Of a DNA stretch of 47,099 bases, positions 9,093 to 19,692 are shown piece by piece. How positions within the stretch are numbered: the stretch's first letter is position 1; every line of letters starts with the position of its first letter. The DNA is from Gammaproteobacteria bacterium (GTDB lineage: Bacteria > Pseudomonadota > Gammaproteobacteria > GCA-001735895): the NCBI GenBank assembly GCA_052030825.1, contig JBPEYE010000029.1, positions 1-47,099 on the forward strand, read 5' to 3'. The notes below the pieces were generated by a model. That model saw only the letters and a program-made list of their open reading frames with translations. It was not told the origin of the DNA and ran no database searches. The position numbers and the translations under genes were made by a program.

Positions 9093-9860
9093 GTGACGAC
9101 GCTCGGCTTCATCGGCGTCGGCGAACTCGCGCGCTACACCATCGAAGGCTTGCGCCGCGGTGGCTACAGCGCACCGATCGTGCTGAGTCCGCGCAACCGG
9201 GAGCATGCCGCGTGGCTTGCGACCCATCGCGATTGCGAGGTACTGGCGGACAATCAGGCCGTCGCCGACGCCAGCGACATCGTCGTCCTCGCGACCCGCC
9301 CGGCCCAATGCCTCGACGCGCTGTCCCGGCTCGAACTCGACGCCAGCCAGGTGCTGCTCAGCGTCGTCGCGGGCGTCACCATCGCCGAATTGCGCGGCGC
9401 ACTGACGACCGAGGTCGAAATCGTCCGCGCGATGCCGGTCAGCTGCGCCGCGGTCGGCATGAGCCCGACGCTGATCTACCCGCGGCACGCCGCCGTCGGC
9501 GCCCTGTTCGACGATTGCGGCAAGACCATTGCGGTCGATGACGAGCGTCACTTCGACCAGGGCACGATCCTCGCCTGCGTCTATTCCTGGTATTTTGCCC
9601 TGTTCGACAACCTGATCGGGGCCACCGGCGGGCCGACGCTGCCGCCGGCGATTGCCCGCGAACTGGTGCTCGGCATGGCAGGCGGCGCGGCCGAGCTGGC
9701 GCTTGCCCGTCCCGAGCTGTCCCCGGGCGAGATCGCCACGCATATCGCGACCCCGGGCACCTATTCGCGACTCGGCCTCGATCTGCTCGAACACGAACGC
9801 GCTTTCGATTGCTGGCGCCACGCCTGCGAGCTGCTGCGCGAGCGTCTCGACCGCGGCTGA
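9093..9860 (+). CDS. Pyrroline-5-carboxylate reductase-like NAD(P)-dependent oxidoreductase
   Basis: GTG start 4 nt after the PhyH stop. Rossmann N-terminus LGFIGVGELARYTIEGL, a DIVVLATRP segment, and a ProC-like C-terminal dimerisation region (HIATPGTYSRLGLDLLE). Confidence 0.7.
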   Translation: MTTLGFIGVGELARYTIEGLRRGGYSAPIVLSPRNREHAAWLATHRDCEVLADNQAVADASDIVVLATRPAQCLDALSRLELDASQVLLSVVAGVTIAELRGALTTEVEIVRAMPVSCAAVGMSPTLIYPRHAAVGALFDDCGKTIAVDDERHFDQGTILACVYSWYFALFDNLIGATGGPTLPPAIARELVLGMAGGAAELALARPELSPGEIATHIATPGTYSRLGLDLLEHERAFDCWRHACELLRERLDRG

Positions 9861-9952
9861 TCGCCGGGTCGCTCGCCGAAACCCGACGCGCATTCATTTT
9901 TCCGGTCACACCGCCGACAAAGAGAATATACTTGTGAACCCGAGGCCGGATC

Positions 9953-10324
9953 ATGCATCCAAAGGTCATGCAGCACCTCAAGTTCAACCGGTGGTACGAA
10001 AGACAGCTGTTCACCGGCTTCGCCTGGCTCGTCAGCTGCCTGCTGTGCGGCTTCCTGTTCGCCGCGATCGTCGAGTACGTCGCCAAGTATTCGTCGGGCA
10101 TCTTCACCCTGATTTCGCTGATCGTGCTCTACGGCCTCGGCATCGGCTGTATCGAGCTGTTTCGTCGATTCTGGATGCGATTGTCGTTCGCGCAATACTG
10201 CGCCAATTCGGCGACCTGCAGCGACTGCGGCAGCTACGGCCTGTTCGACGTGCGCAAAGACACCTGGCCGATCTACGCGCGTTGCCAGAAGTGCGACCAT
10301 CGCTGGGTCATCGGTCAGGACTGA
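9953..10324 (+). CDS. Small membrane protein with C-terminal zinc ribbon (hypothetical)
   Basis: 123 aa. Two hydrophobic helices (FTGFAWLVSCLLCGFLFAAIV; IFTLISLIVLYGLGIGCIELF) are followed by CSDCGSYG-x17-CQKCDH. No recognisable family. Confidence 0.55.
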   Translation: MHPKVMQHLKFNRWYERQLFTGFAWLVSCLLCGFLFAAIVEYVAKYSSGIFTLISLIVLYGLGIGCIELFRRFWMRLSFAQYCANSATCSDCGSYGLFDVRKDTWPIYARCQKCDHRWVIGQD

Positions 10325-10411
10325 AACGGCGACGACGCCCCGCCAGCGCCGGGTTTGACCTGCCGGGCGCGGTGGTCTTTAATGGGTCGGTCTGCTCATC
10401 GGTATCCCCTA

Positions 10412-11365
10412 ATGTCGCCTAAAGACACCTGTATCTACCTCGGCCAGGAACTCGCCGACTACGGTTTCAAGGACGGGCATCCGTTCGGGCCGCAGCGCCA
10501 CGACGTCTTCAAGGAAGAATTGCTCCGCCGCGGGCTCGACCGCGAGCTCGACGTGCAAAAGCCGGTGGCCGCAAGCACCGACCGGATCCAGTTGTTCCAC
10601 ACCGACGACTACATCGACAAGGTTCGCGATTACTCGAAAAGCGGCCACGGCTACCTCGATGCCGGTGACACGCCGTCGTTCGTCGGCATGTTCGAAGCCG
10701 CGAGCCACGTCGCCGGCTCGGTCACCGACGCGATCGACCGGATCATGCAGGGAGAGTATCGCCGGGCCTTTTCGCCGATCGCCGGCCTGCACCATGCGCG
10801 GCGTCACGTTGCCGCCGGCTTTTGCGTGTTCAACGATTGCGGCATCGCAATCGAGTATCTGCGCCAGCAATACGGCATCAAGAAAGTCGCCTACATCGAT
10901 ATCGACGCGCATCATGGCGATGGCGTGTTCTACAGTTTCGAGGACGATCCCGACCTGCTGTTTGCCGACATCCATCAGGACGGGCGCACGCTCTACCCGG
11001 GCACCGGGTTCGTCAACGAAACCGGCACCGGCCCGGCGGCAGGCACCAAGCTCAATATCCCGGTGCCGCCGTTCTCCGACGACAAGGTATTCGCCGAGGT
11101 GTGGCCAATCGTCGAAGCCTACCTGCGCGAGAAGGAGCCCGAATTCATCCTATTGCAATGCGGCGCCGACAGCATCAAGGGCGACCCGATCACCAACATG
11201 GAGTTCAGCCCCGCGGCACACGCCAAAGCCGCGCGCAGCCTGCGTCAGATCGCCGACGATTATTGTCACGGACGCATGCTGGCAATGGGCGGCGGCGGTT
11301 ACAACCACGCCAATATCGCCCACGGCTGGACCGCGGTCGTCGATGCGATGGTGTCGGCCGACTGA
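10412..11365 (+). CDS. Histone deacetylase-family Zn amidohydrolase (AcuC / acetylpolyamine deacetylase-like)
   Basis: Internal ATG (MSPKDTCIYLG). Motifs: GLHHARRHVAAGFCVFND, IDIDAHHGDGV and GGGGYN. Confidence 0.85.
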   Translation: MSPKDTCIYLGQELADYGFKDGHPFGPQRHDVFKEELLRRGLDRELDVQKPVAASTDRIQLFHTDDYIDKVRDYSKSGHGYLDAGDTPSFVGMFEAASHVAGSVTDAIDRIMQGEYRRAFSPIAGLHHARRHVAAGFCVFNDCGIAIEYLRQQYGIKKVAYIDIDAHHGDGVFYSFEDDPDLLFADIHQDGRTLYPGTGFVNETGTGPAAGTKLNIPVPPFSDDKVFAEVWPIVEAYLREKEPEFILLQCGADSIKGDPITNMEFSPAAHAKAARSLRQIADDYCHGRMLAMGGGGYNHANIAHGWTAVVDAMVSAD

Positions 11366-11411
11366 ATCATCCGGCGGCGGCGCTCCGAACCACCGCGATG
11401 CGTTCGACGAT

Positions 11412-12905
11412 TCAGCGCCCCTTGAAAATCGAGCCGAGAATGCCGCGCATGATCGCGCGACCGATACCGCTGCCGATACTGCGCGCAGCGCTCTTGACGA
11501 GCGCTTCGCCGATTCCCTGACGCGAGCGGCGGCGCGGTGCGCGATCGGCATAGGCTCGTTTACGAGTCGGCGCCTGTTGCGCAGTGGTCACGGCCGCGGC
11601 TTCGGCCCGCGCCGCCAGCATTTCGAAAGCGGATTCGCGATCGATGCCGGTAGCGTACTTGTCGGCCAGATCGCTCTCCATCATGATTTCGTAGATTTCG
11701 CCCTTGCGCGCGGGACCGATGCGTGAAACCGGCGGCTTGACCAGCGCGCGCCGCACCACCGACGGCGCGCCGCTGGCCAGCAAGGTCGAAATCAGCGCCT
11801 CGCCGACGCCGAGTTCACCGATCGCGGTCTCGACCGCGAAACTGCCGTCCGAGCGAAAGGTTTGCGCCGCGGCACGGACCGCGCGTCGCTCCTTCGGCGT
11901 AAACGCGCGCAAGGCATGCTGGATTCGATTACCGAGCTGGCCAAGGACCGCATCGGGCAAATCCCCGGGACTCTGGGTGACGAAATAGACCCCGACGCCC
12001 TTGGATCGGATCAGGCGCACGACCTGTTCGACCTTTTCGACCAGGGCCGGCGACGTACCCTTGAACATCAGGTGGGCCTCGTCGAAGAAAATCACCAGCC
12101 GCGGTTTGTCCGGGTCGCCGATCTCGGGCAGGTTTTCGAACAGTTCGGACAACAGCCACAGCAGCACGGTCGAATACATCGCGGGCTGCTCAACGAGTTT
12201 GCTCGCCACCAGTACGTTGACGTAGCCCGCACCCCGCGAATCGACGCGCATCAGATCATCCAGTTCGAGCATCGGTTCGCCGAAAAAATGCTTCGCGCCA
12301 CTGCGCTCGAGCACCAGCAGCCGCCGCTGGATCGCACCGACCGAACTCGCCGATACCCGGCCATAGGTACGCTCGAGATCGCTCGCCGAATCGGCGACGT
12401 GGGTCAGCATCGAACGCAAATCCTTGAGATCGAGCAACAGCAAACCGTTGTCGTCGGCAACCGCGAACACGATGTTGAGTACGCCCTGCTGGGTTTCGTT
12501 CAGTCCGAGCAGCCGCGCCAGCAGCATCGGGCCCATGTCGGAAACCGTCGCGCGCAAGGGGTGGCCCTGCTTGCGATAAAGATCCCAGAACACGGTCGGG
12601 TTGCCCTGCCACTGATCGGTCGGCAGCCCCAGCGCGGTAAGCCGCGCTTCGACTTTCGGATGCGATTTGCCGGGCTGGCTGATACCCGACAAGTCGCCCT
12701 TGACGTCGGCCACCAGCACCGGCACACCCTGCCGCGAGAAGCTCTCGGCGAGTGCCTGCATCGATACCGTCTTGCCGGTACCGGTTGCGCCGGCGATCAG
12801 GCCGTGACGATTGGCGCGTCGTAAATCGAGGCCGACCGGATAGACGCCTGCGGCCTTGTTCTTGTCCTCGGTCGCGTAGCCGAGCAGGATTTCGGATTCC
12901 GACAT
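11412..12905 (-). CDS. DUF853 / YjgR-type HerA-like P-loop ATPase
   Basis: 497 aa. Walker A is LIAGATGTGKTV and Walker B is LVIFFDEAHLMF. The basic C-terminal tail (RRRSRQGIGEALVKSAARSIGSGIGRAIMRGILGSIFKGR) is typical of YjgR. Confidence 0.85.
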   Translation of the reverse strand: MSESEILLGYATEDKNKAAGVYPVGLDLRRANRHGLIAGATGTGKTVSMQALAESFSRQGVPVLVADVKGDLSGISQPGKSHPKVEARLTALGLPTDQWQGNPTVFWDLYRKQGHPLRATVSDMGPMLLARLLGLNETQQGVLNIVFAVADDNGLLLLDLKDLRSMLTHVADSASDLERTYGRVSASSVGAIQRRLLVLERSGAKHFFGEPMLELDDLMRVDSRGAGYVNVLVASKLVEQPAMYSTVLLWLLSELFENLPEIGDPDKPRLVIFFDEAHLMFKGTSPALVEKVEQVVRLIRSKGVGVYFVTQSPGDLPDAVLGQLGNRIQHALRAFTPKERRAVRAAAQTFRSDGSFAVETAIGELGVGEALISTLLASGAPSVVRRALVKPPVSRIGPARKGEIYEIMMESDLADKYATGIDRESAFEMLAARAEAAAVTTAQQAPTRKRAYADRAPRRRSRQGIGEALVKSAARSIGSGIGRAIMRGILGSIFKGR

Positions 12906-12914
12906 CGGCCCGCC

Positions 12915-13973
12915 CTAGCCGACCTTGACCTGATACTGCGTCTGCGTCGGGAAGGCCATCTCGAGTCCGCGCTCACCGAAACGGCGCAATATTTCGAGGT
13001 TGATCGCGGTCTGGGTCGCGCCGATGTCCTCGCCCTTCCTGATGTAGTAGATAAAGCAGATATTCAGCGCAAAATCGCCAAAATTGTTGAATGCCATCCA
13101 GGTATCTTGCTCGGTACTCGGGTGTTGATCGGCGATATCCTTGAGAATCGACATCGCCTCCTCGATTTGTTCGGGACGGGTGTCATAGACGAGTCCGAGA
13201 TTCAGCACGACCTTGCGCGACGGTTCCCAGCTGACGTTTTCGACCGCGCTGTCGGCGAACGTCGAGTTCGGGATCGTGACGACGCGCCCGTCGAGCGTCT
13301 TGAGCCGCGTGCTGCGCAGCCCGATTTCGTTGACGGTGCCATCGAATCCACTGACCTTGATGCGATCGCCGATCGTGAACGGCTTGTCGGTAAAGATCGT
13401 AAATCCGCCGAAGATATTCGATACCGTATCCTTGGCCGCCATGGCCAGCGCCAGACCGCCGATACCGAGACCGGCGATCAACGCCGCGACGTCGTAACCC
13501 GCGTTGTTCATGCCGATGATGAATGCCATCGACCAGATGATCAGCTTGACGCCCTTGCTGATGATCGGCGCGAGCTGGTCATCGAGATCGGTTTCCGATT
13601 TTTCGACCAGCCTGACGATGTAGCGTCGATAGAAGGCATCGAACAGGCGCGACAGCAACCATCCGACCAGGAGCGCGACGATGACGTGATAGGAATTACC
13701 GATCGCAAGCTCGATGCGCTCGGGCAACACCAGCGTTTCGAGACCGAACCAGATGCCGCTGGCAATGATGATGAAAACGACCGGTTCCTCGACCATGTCG
13801 ACGATAACATCGTCGATTTCGCTCTTGGAGCGACTGGTAAAGACGCTGGCGACTCGCGAGAAAATCCAGTACACCGCACGCCCCAGTACCATCGATCCGA
13901 GAATAATGCCGAATCCGATCAACCAGCCCTGGAGCGTATTACCGTAGTAGGTTTGCGTGAGCAGTTCTTGCAT
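12915..13973 (-). CDS. Small-conductance mechanosensitive channel (MscS family)
   Basis: 352 aa. Several N-terminal TM helices, then the MscS pore/beta-domain signature SNIFGGFTIFTDKPFTIGDRIKVSGFDGTVNEIGLRSTRLKTLDGRVVTIPNS. Confidence 0.85.
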   Translation of the reverse strand: MQELLTQTYYGNTLQGWLIGFGIILGSMVLGRAVYWIFSRVASVFTSRSKSEIDDVIVDMVEEPVVFIIIASGIWFGLETLVLPERIELAIGNSYHVIVALLVGWLLSRLFDAFYRRYIVRLVEKSETDLDDQLAPIISKGVKLIIWSMAFIIGMNNAGYDVAALIAGLGIGGLALAMAAKDTVSNIFGGFTIFTDKPFTIGDRIKVSGFDGTVNEIGLRSTRLKTLDGRVVTIPNSTFADSAVENVSWEPSRKVVLNLGLVYDTRPEQIEEAMSILKDIADQHPSTEQDTWMAFNNFGDFALNICFIYYIRKGEDIGATQTAINLEILRRFGERGLEMAFPTQTQYQVKVG

Positions 13974-14043
13974 GCTGAATGTGTGGTGATTTTAGCCCGG
14001 CACGATTATCGGGATTAAGCGGAAATTATCAAGCCGAATCAAT

Positions 14044-15603
14044 TCAGGAGGCTGCGATCAGTGCCTGGCGTTGAAATGCTCGCGTCAGGCGCGAGCAGTA
14101 TTCGGCGAAACGCAGACTTGCCGCACGCTCGGCGTCACCGTTGCTTGTAAGTACATCTGCCGCCAGCAATTCCGCGCCTTCGCTGGCGAGTTCACCGACG
14201 TCAGCCGAGTCGGCACCCGGCAGCAAGCGCGCCAACATCTGTTCGAACGGATACCAGTCGCTCGCGTCGCGCAGGTCGCGGTGGATCTGCGCGAGCAGCA
14301 CGTTACGCGGACCCTCCCACAGCTCGTTGACCATCGAGTCGCGCAGCAATCGCGGCAGCGCGGAAAAGTCCTCGATCGCGCCGTGGCCACCGAACACCGA
14401 GATCGCAAGCCGCAGCGCGTCGACGCTATCGGCCGCGGTGGTGATCTTTTGCAGCATGATCATGAGGCGCAGATCGAAACCGGCGCGCCGCGACTCGGCG
14501 TCGGCGGCTTCCCCGCGCGCGCGCTGCGCCTCGATCATTTGCGCCAGCCTGAAAACTCCAGCGGTTGCGGCGGCAGCGGTCGCCTCGAGCTGCTCGATTT
14601 GCGCGGCCAACAGCGGGAACTCGCCGATCGGACGGCCGAAGGCTTCGCGGAATCGCGCATAGCCGGCGGCTTCGCGCGCCGCGCGGGTCATTACCGCGGC
14701 GCTGTAGATCGCAACGGTGACGCGCGACGTCGACAGCACGATCGCGACCATGTTGGCGAGGCCGTCCGCGAGCGGGCCCACCGGGAAAGCCAGTGCATCG
14801 TCGAACTCGATTTCCGCGGTCGGCAGCTCACAGGTACCGAGTTTCGACTTGAGGCGCTCGATGCGCTGGCCGTTACGACGTTCACGATCGCCCGGCAGGT
14901 AGGCGGGTACGACGAAGGCGCCGAGCGCTTTCGCGCCGACCGGACGCGCGGTGACGAGCGCATAATCGGCGTGCGCGACCGAGCAGAAGAATTTTTTACC
15001 GTGGATCCGCCAGGTTCCGCCGGATTCGCGGGCCTCGACGCGATTGGCATTGACGTCCGAACCGCCCTGGATTTCGGACAGGAATTGTGCACCGATCGCG
15101 TATTCGCCATCGATCCCGTCCTCGACGTGCTGCCGGATCGATTCGAGCGCCGGCGTATCGGCGAAGCGCCCGAGCATCGCCGCGAGACCCTCGGTGCAGG
15201 TCAGCGGGCAGGCGATCGACGCCTCGCCGTTCTGGTAGATGAGAAAGTATTGGGCGACGCGCTCCCAGTACGAGCATTGCTTCGAAAACAATCCGAGCGC
15301 GAAGATTTCGCGCTCGAGCTGGCGCGTGGCCGCGGATCGCTCGATCCGGTCGACGCGCCGATCGTAGGCATCGAAGTGCACCAGGCGCGGATGATGGTCC
15401 GGGCGCGCGGCCTCGTCGGCGAGCAATCGCCAGCGGGTAGACGCACGCGCCGAGATTGCGTCCGCCGCGGCGCTCGCGGCTTCGGCGTCATCGCCGGCGT
15501 AATGTTTCAGTAGCCGCGCGAGCAGCGGGTCGTCGTGAAAATAATCGACCCCGTCGCGCCAGTCGAGATAGGCGTCGAAACCGTAATCATTCCCAGCGGA
15601 CAT
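14044..15603 (-). CDS. Acyl-CoA dehydrogenase-family flavoprotein (AidB-like)
   Basis: Start at the internal ATG 15603 (MSAGNDYGFDAYLDWRDG). ACAD middle/C-terminal motifs present (EIQGGSDVNANRVEA...WRIHGKKFFCS; FGGHGAIEDFSALPRLLRDSMVNELWEGPRNV). The upstream 60 codons of the track ORF are Arg/Pro-rich and implausible. Confidence 0.8.
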   Translation of the reverse strand: MSAGNDYGFDAYLDWRDGVDYFHDDPLLARLLKHYAGDDAEAASAAADAISARASTRWRLLADEAARPDHHPRLVHFDAYDRRVDRIERSAATRQLEREIFALGLFSKQCSYWERVAQYFLIYQNGEASIACPLTCTEGLAAMLGRFADTPALESIRQHVEDGIDGEYAIGAQFLSEIQGGSDVNANRVEARESGGTWRIHGKKFFCSVAHADYALVTARPVGAKALGAFVVPAYLPGDRERRNGQRIERLKSKLGTCELPTAEIEFDDALAFPVGPLADGLANMVAIVLSTSRVTVAIYSAAVMTRAAREAAGYARFREAFGRPIGEFPLLAAQIEQLEATAAAATAGVFRLAQMIEAQRARGEAADAESRRAGFDLRLMIMLQKITTAADSVDALRLAISVFGGHGAIEDFSALPRLLRDSMVNELWEGPRNVLLAQIHRDLRDASDWYPFEQMLARLLPGADSADVGELASEGAELLAADVLTSNGDAERAASLRFAEYCSRLTRAFQRQALIAAS

Positions 15604-15886
15604 GGGTTTCGTCAGCGGCCGCCGCGCGCAGCAGCTCGAGCAATGGCCGCGCGCGGGTGTGCAGGCTGACCGGCGGTTCCTCGTCGTCGGCCTCGGCCGC
15701 CGGGGGGGCGTCCCTGGGAATCCGGTCGAGCGCCTGCTCGAGGTTTTCGAGCGCGCGCGGCACGTCGGCAGCATCGATCGCACCGGGCACGCCCTTGCCG
15801 AATCCCATCAGATCGAGCATTTGCGTGGCGACCTCGCCGAGCATCGTGATGTTGGCGTAAGCGCTGGTCTTGAAAGTTACCGCCAT
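15587..15886 (-). CDS. DUF1840-like small protein (hypothetical)
   Basis: Internal ATG 15886 gives MAVTFKTSAYANITMLGEVATQMLDLMGFGKGVPGAIDAADVPRALENLEQAL.... The gene starts 5 nt after the acnA stop, and its end overlaps the ACAD start by 17 nt. Confidence 0.55.
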   Translation of the reverse strand: MAVTFKTSAYANITMLGEVATQMLDLMGFGKGVPGAIDAADVPRALENLEQALDRIPRDAPPAAEADDEEPPVSLHTRARPLLELLRAAAADETHVRWE

Positions 15887-15890
15887 CGCA

Positions 15891-18524
<2,634 letters not shown>

Positions 18525-18529
18525 CGAGG

Positions 18530-18554
18530 CTCTCCGAGAGTTCAGTGCGGAGAG
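18530..18554 (-). promoter_or_regulatory. Hairpin that includes the acnA Shine-Dalgarno sequence
   Basis: CTCTCCG (18530-18536) and CGGAGAG (18548-18554) are perfect 7-bp inverted repeats with an 11-nt loop. On the mRNA the 3' arm, CGGAGAG, contains the SD, 5 nt before the ATG at 18524. Confidence 0.3.
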
Positions 18555-18592
18555 TATATCGCGTTATGCGCGCCGGGGTAATTTGCCGGGGT

Positions 18593-19498
18593 CTACTCGC
18601 AGAGAAAGTGAATCAGGTTGGGGTCGTTGAGGTCGACTTTCTTGCCCAGGCTGATATATCCCGAGCCGAACAGCGTGAATTCCTCGCGACGCAGAAAAAT
18701 GTCCTGTCCCTCGGTGGTACGGATAAAAGTCCCGTTGGTGCTCTGATCGGTAATGATGAACTTGCCGCGGCGATGCTCGATCTTGGAGTGGTGGCGCGAA
18801 ATCAGGTCACCCTTGACAATCATCTCGCAATCCTTGCCGCGCCCGAGGATGAAGGAAGCGGTGCCGGTCGGAATTCCGGACTCGCTGCCGTTGTAGTTCA
18901 GGGTCAGGTTTTGGACCTGTTCGTGGCGCGCCGGATTGGTGAAACTGCTGGCCGTCGCCATGTTGGTCAGGTCGCCGTCCTCTTCCCAGCCGAACATGTA
19001 CACATCGAGATGCTCGTTGCGGCCCTTGACGCGGATGCGATCGTAGGGACGCATATTGTTCGACAACTCGGCACCCTTGACCATGAACGCAATCTCCTGG
19101 GTACACAGGATCTGGCGCGCCTTGGCCATGCTCGCGATCCGCGATGCGACATTGACCGTGTCGCCGAATATGTCGTCGTTTTCGAGGATTGCGCTACCGT
19201 ACTGCATTCCGATCCGGATCGAGACGCCAATGGTCTCGGGCGAGCGGTCGTCCTCCATGGTTTCCTGGATCGCGCGCGCGGCGTGGACCGCCATGTCGAC
19301 GTCGGTGAAGTAGACCAGAATCTCGTCGCCGATAGTCTTGACCAGTTGGCCGTTGTGCCGGCGCGAGATCGAGATCAGCGCGTTGAGGGCCTTCGAAATA
19401 CGCTCGCGCGCGAGTTCGTCACCCATGTTTTCGTACATGGCGGTGCTGCCGGCTACGTCGGCAAACATCACTACGCAATTGATCGTTTCTCGCGACAC
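18593..19498 (-). CDS. Class III adenylate/guanylate cyclase domain fused to a C-terminal FHA domain
   Basis: 301 aa. Cyclase motifs: VVMFADVAGST, VKTIGDEILVYF and FGDTVNVASRIAS. The FHA-like C-terminus reads FILGRGKDCEMIVKGDLISRHHSKIEHRRGKFIITDQSTNGTFI. Confidence 0.85.
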   Translation of the reverse strand: MSRETINCVVMFADVAGSTAMYENMGDELARERISKALNALISISRRHNGQLVKTIGDEILVYFTDVDMAVHAARAIQETMEDDRSPETIGVSIRIGMQYGSAILENDDIFGDTVNVASRIASMAKARQILCTQEIAFMVKGAELSNNMRPYDRIRVKGRNEHLDVYMFGWEEDGDLTNMATASSFTNPARHEQVQNLTLNYNGSESGIPTGTASFILGRGKDCEMIVKGDLISRHHSKIEHRRGKFIITDQSTNGTFIRTTEGQDIFLRREEFTLFGSGYISLGKKVDLNDPNLIHFLCE

Positions 19499-19692
19499 TC
19501 AGGTTATCCGTTACGAAAGCCGGGCAGCACTGGCCGCTCCGCGAGGCGCCGGGTCCGGCCGATACCGTTGGCCTGGCGCGATTCGCGCCCGTATCCATCG
19601 GCAAACCGGGGCGAGTCTAACACGACCGCTGCAGCGCTTCCTTAAGTTTATATAGCATGTTGCTGAATATTATAAAGATTCGAGGTCCAATT

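Noticed and set aside
8223-9893. 556-aa minus-strand ORF opposite the PhyH and ProC-like genes
   Set aside because: Same reasoning: an antisense shadow frame without motifs. The plus-strand genes have clear family signatures.
10412-12905. HerA-like ATPase next to a deacetylase, reminiscent of Sir2-HerA anti-phage systems
   Set aside because: The deacetylase belongs to the Zn-dependent HDAC/AcuC family, not Sir2. The genes are convergent rather than co-transcribed. The ATPase is the widely conserved DUF853/YjgR type with its characteristic basic tail.
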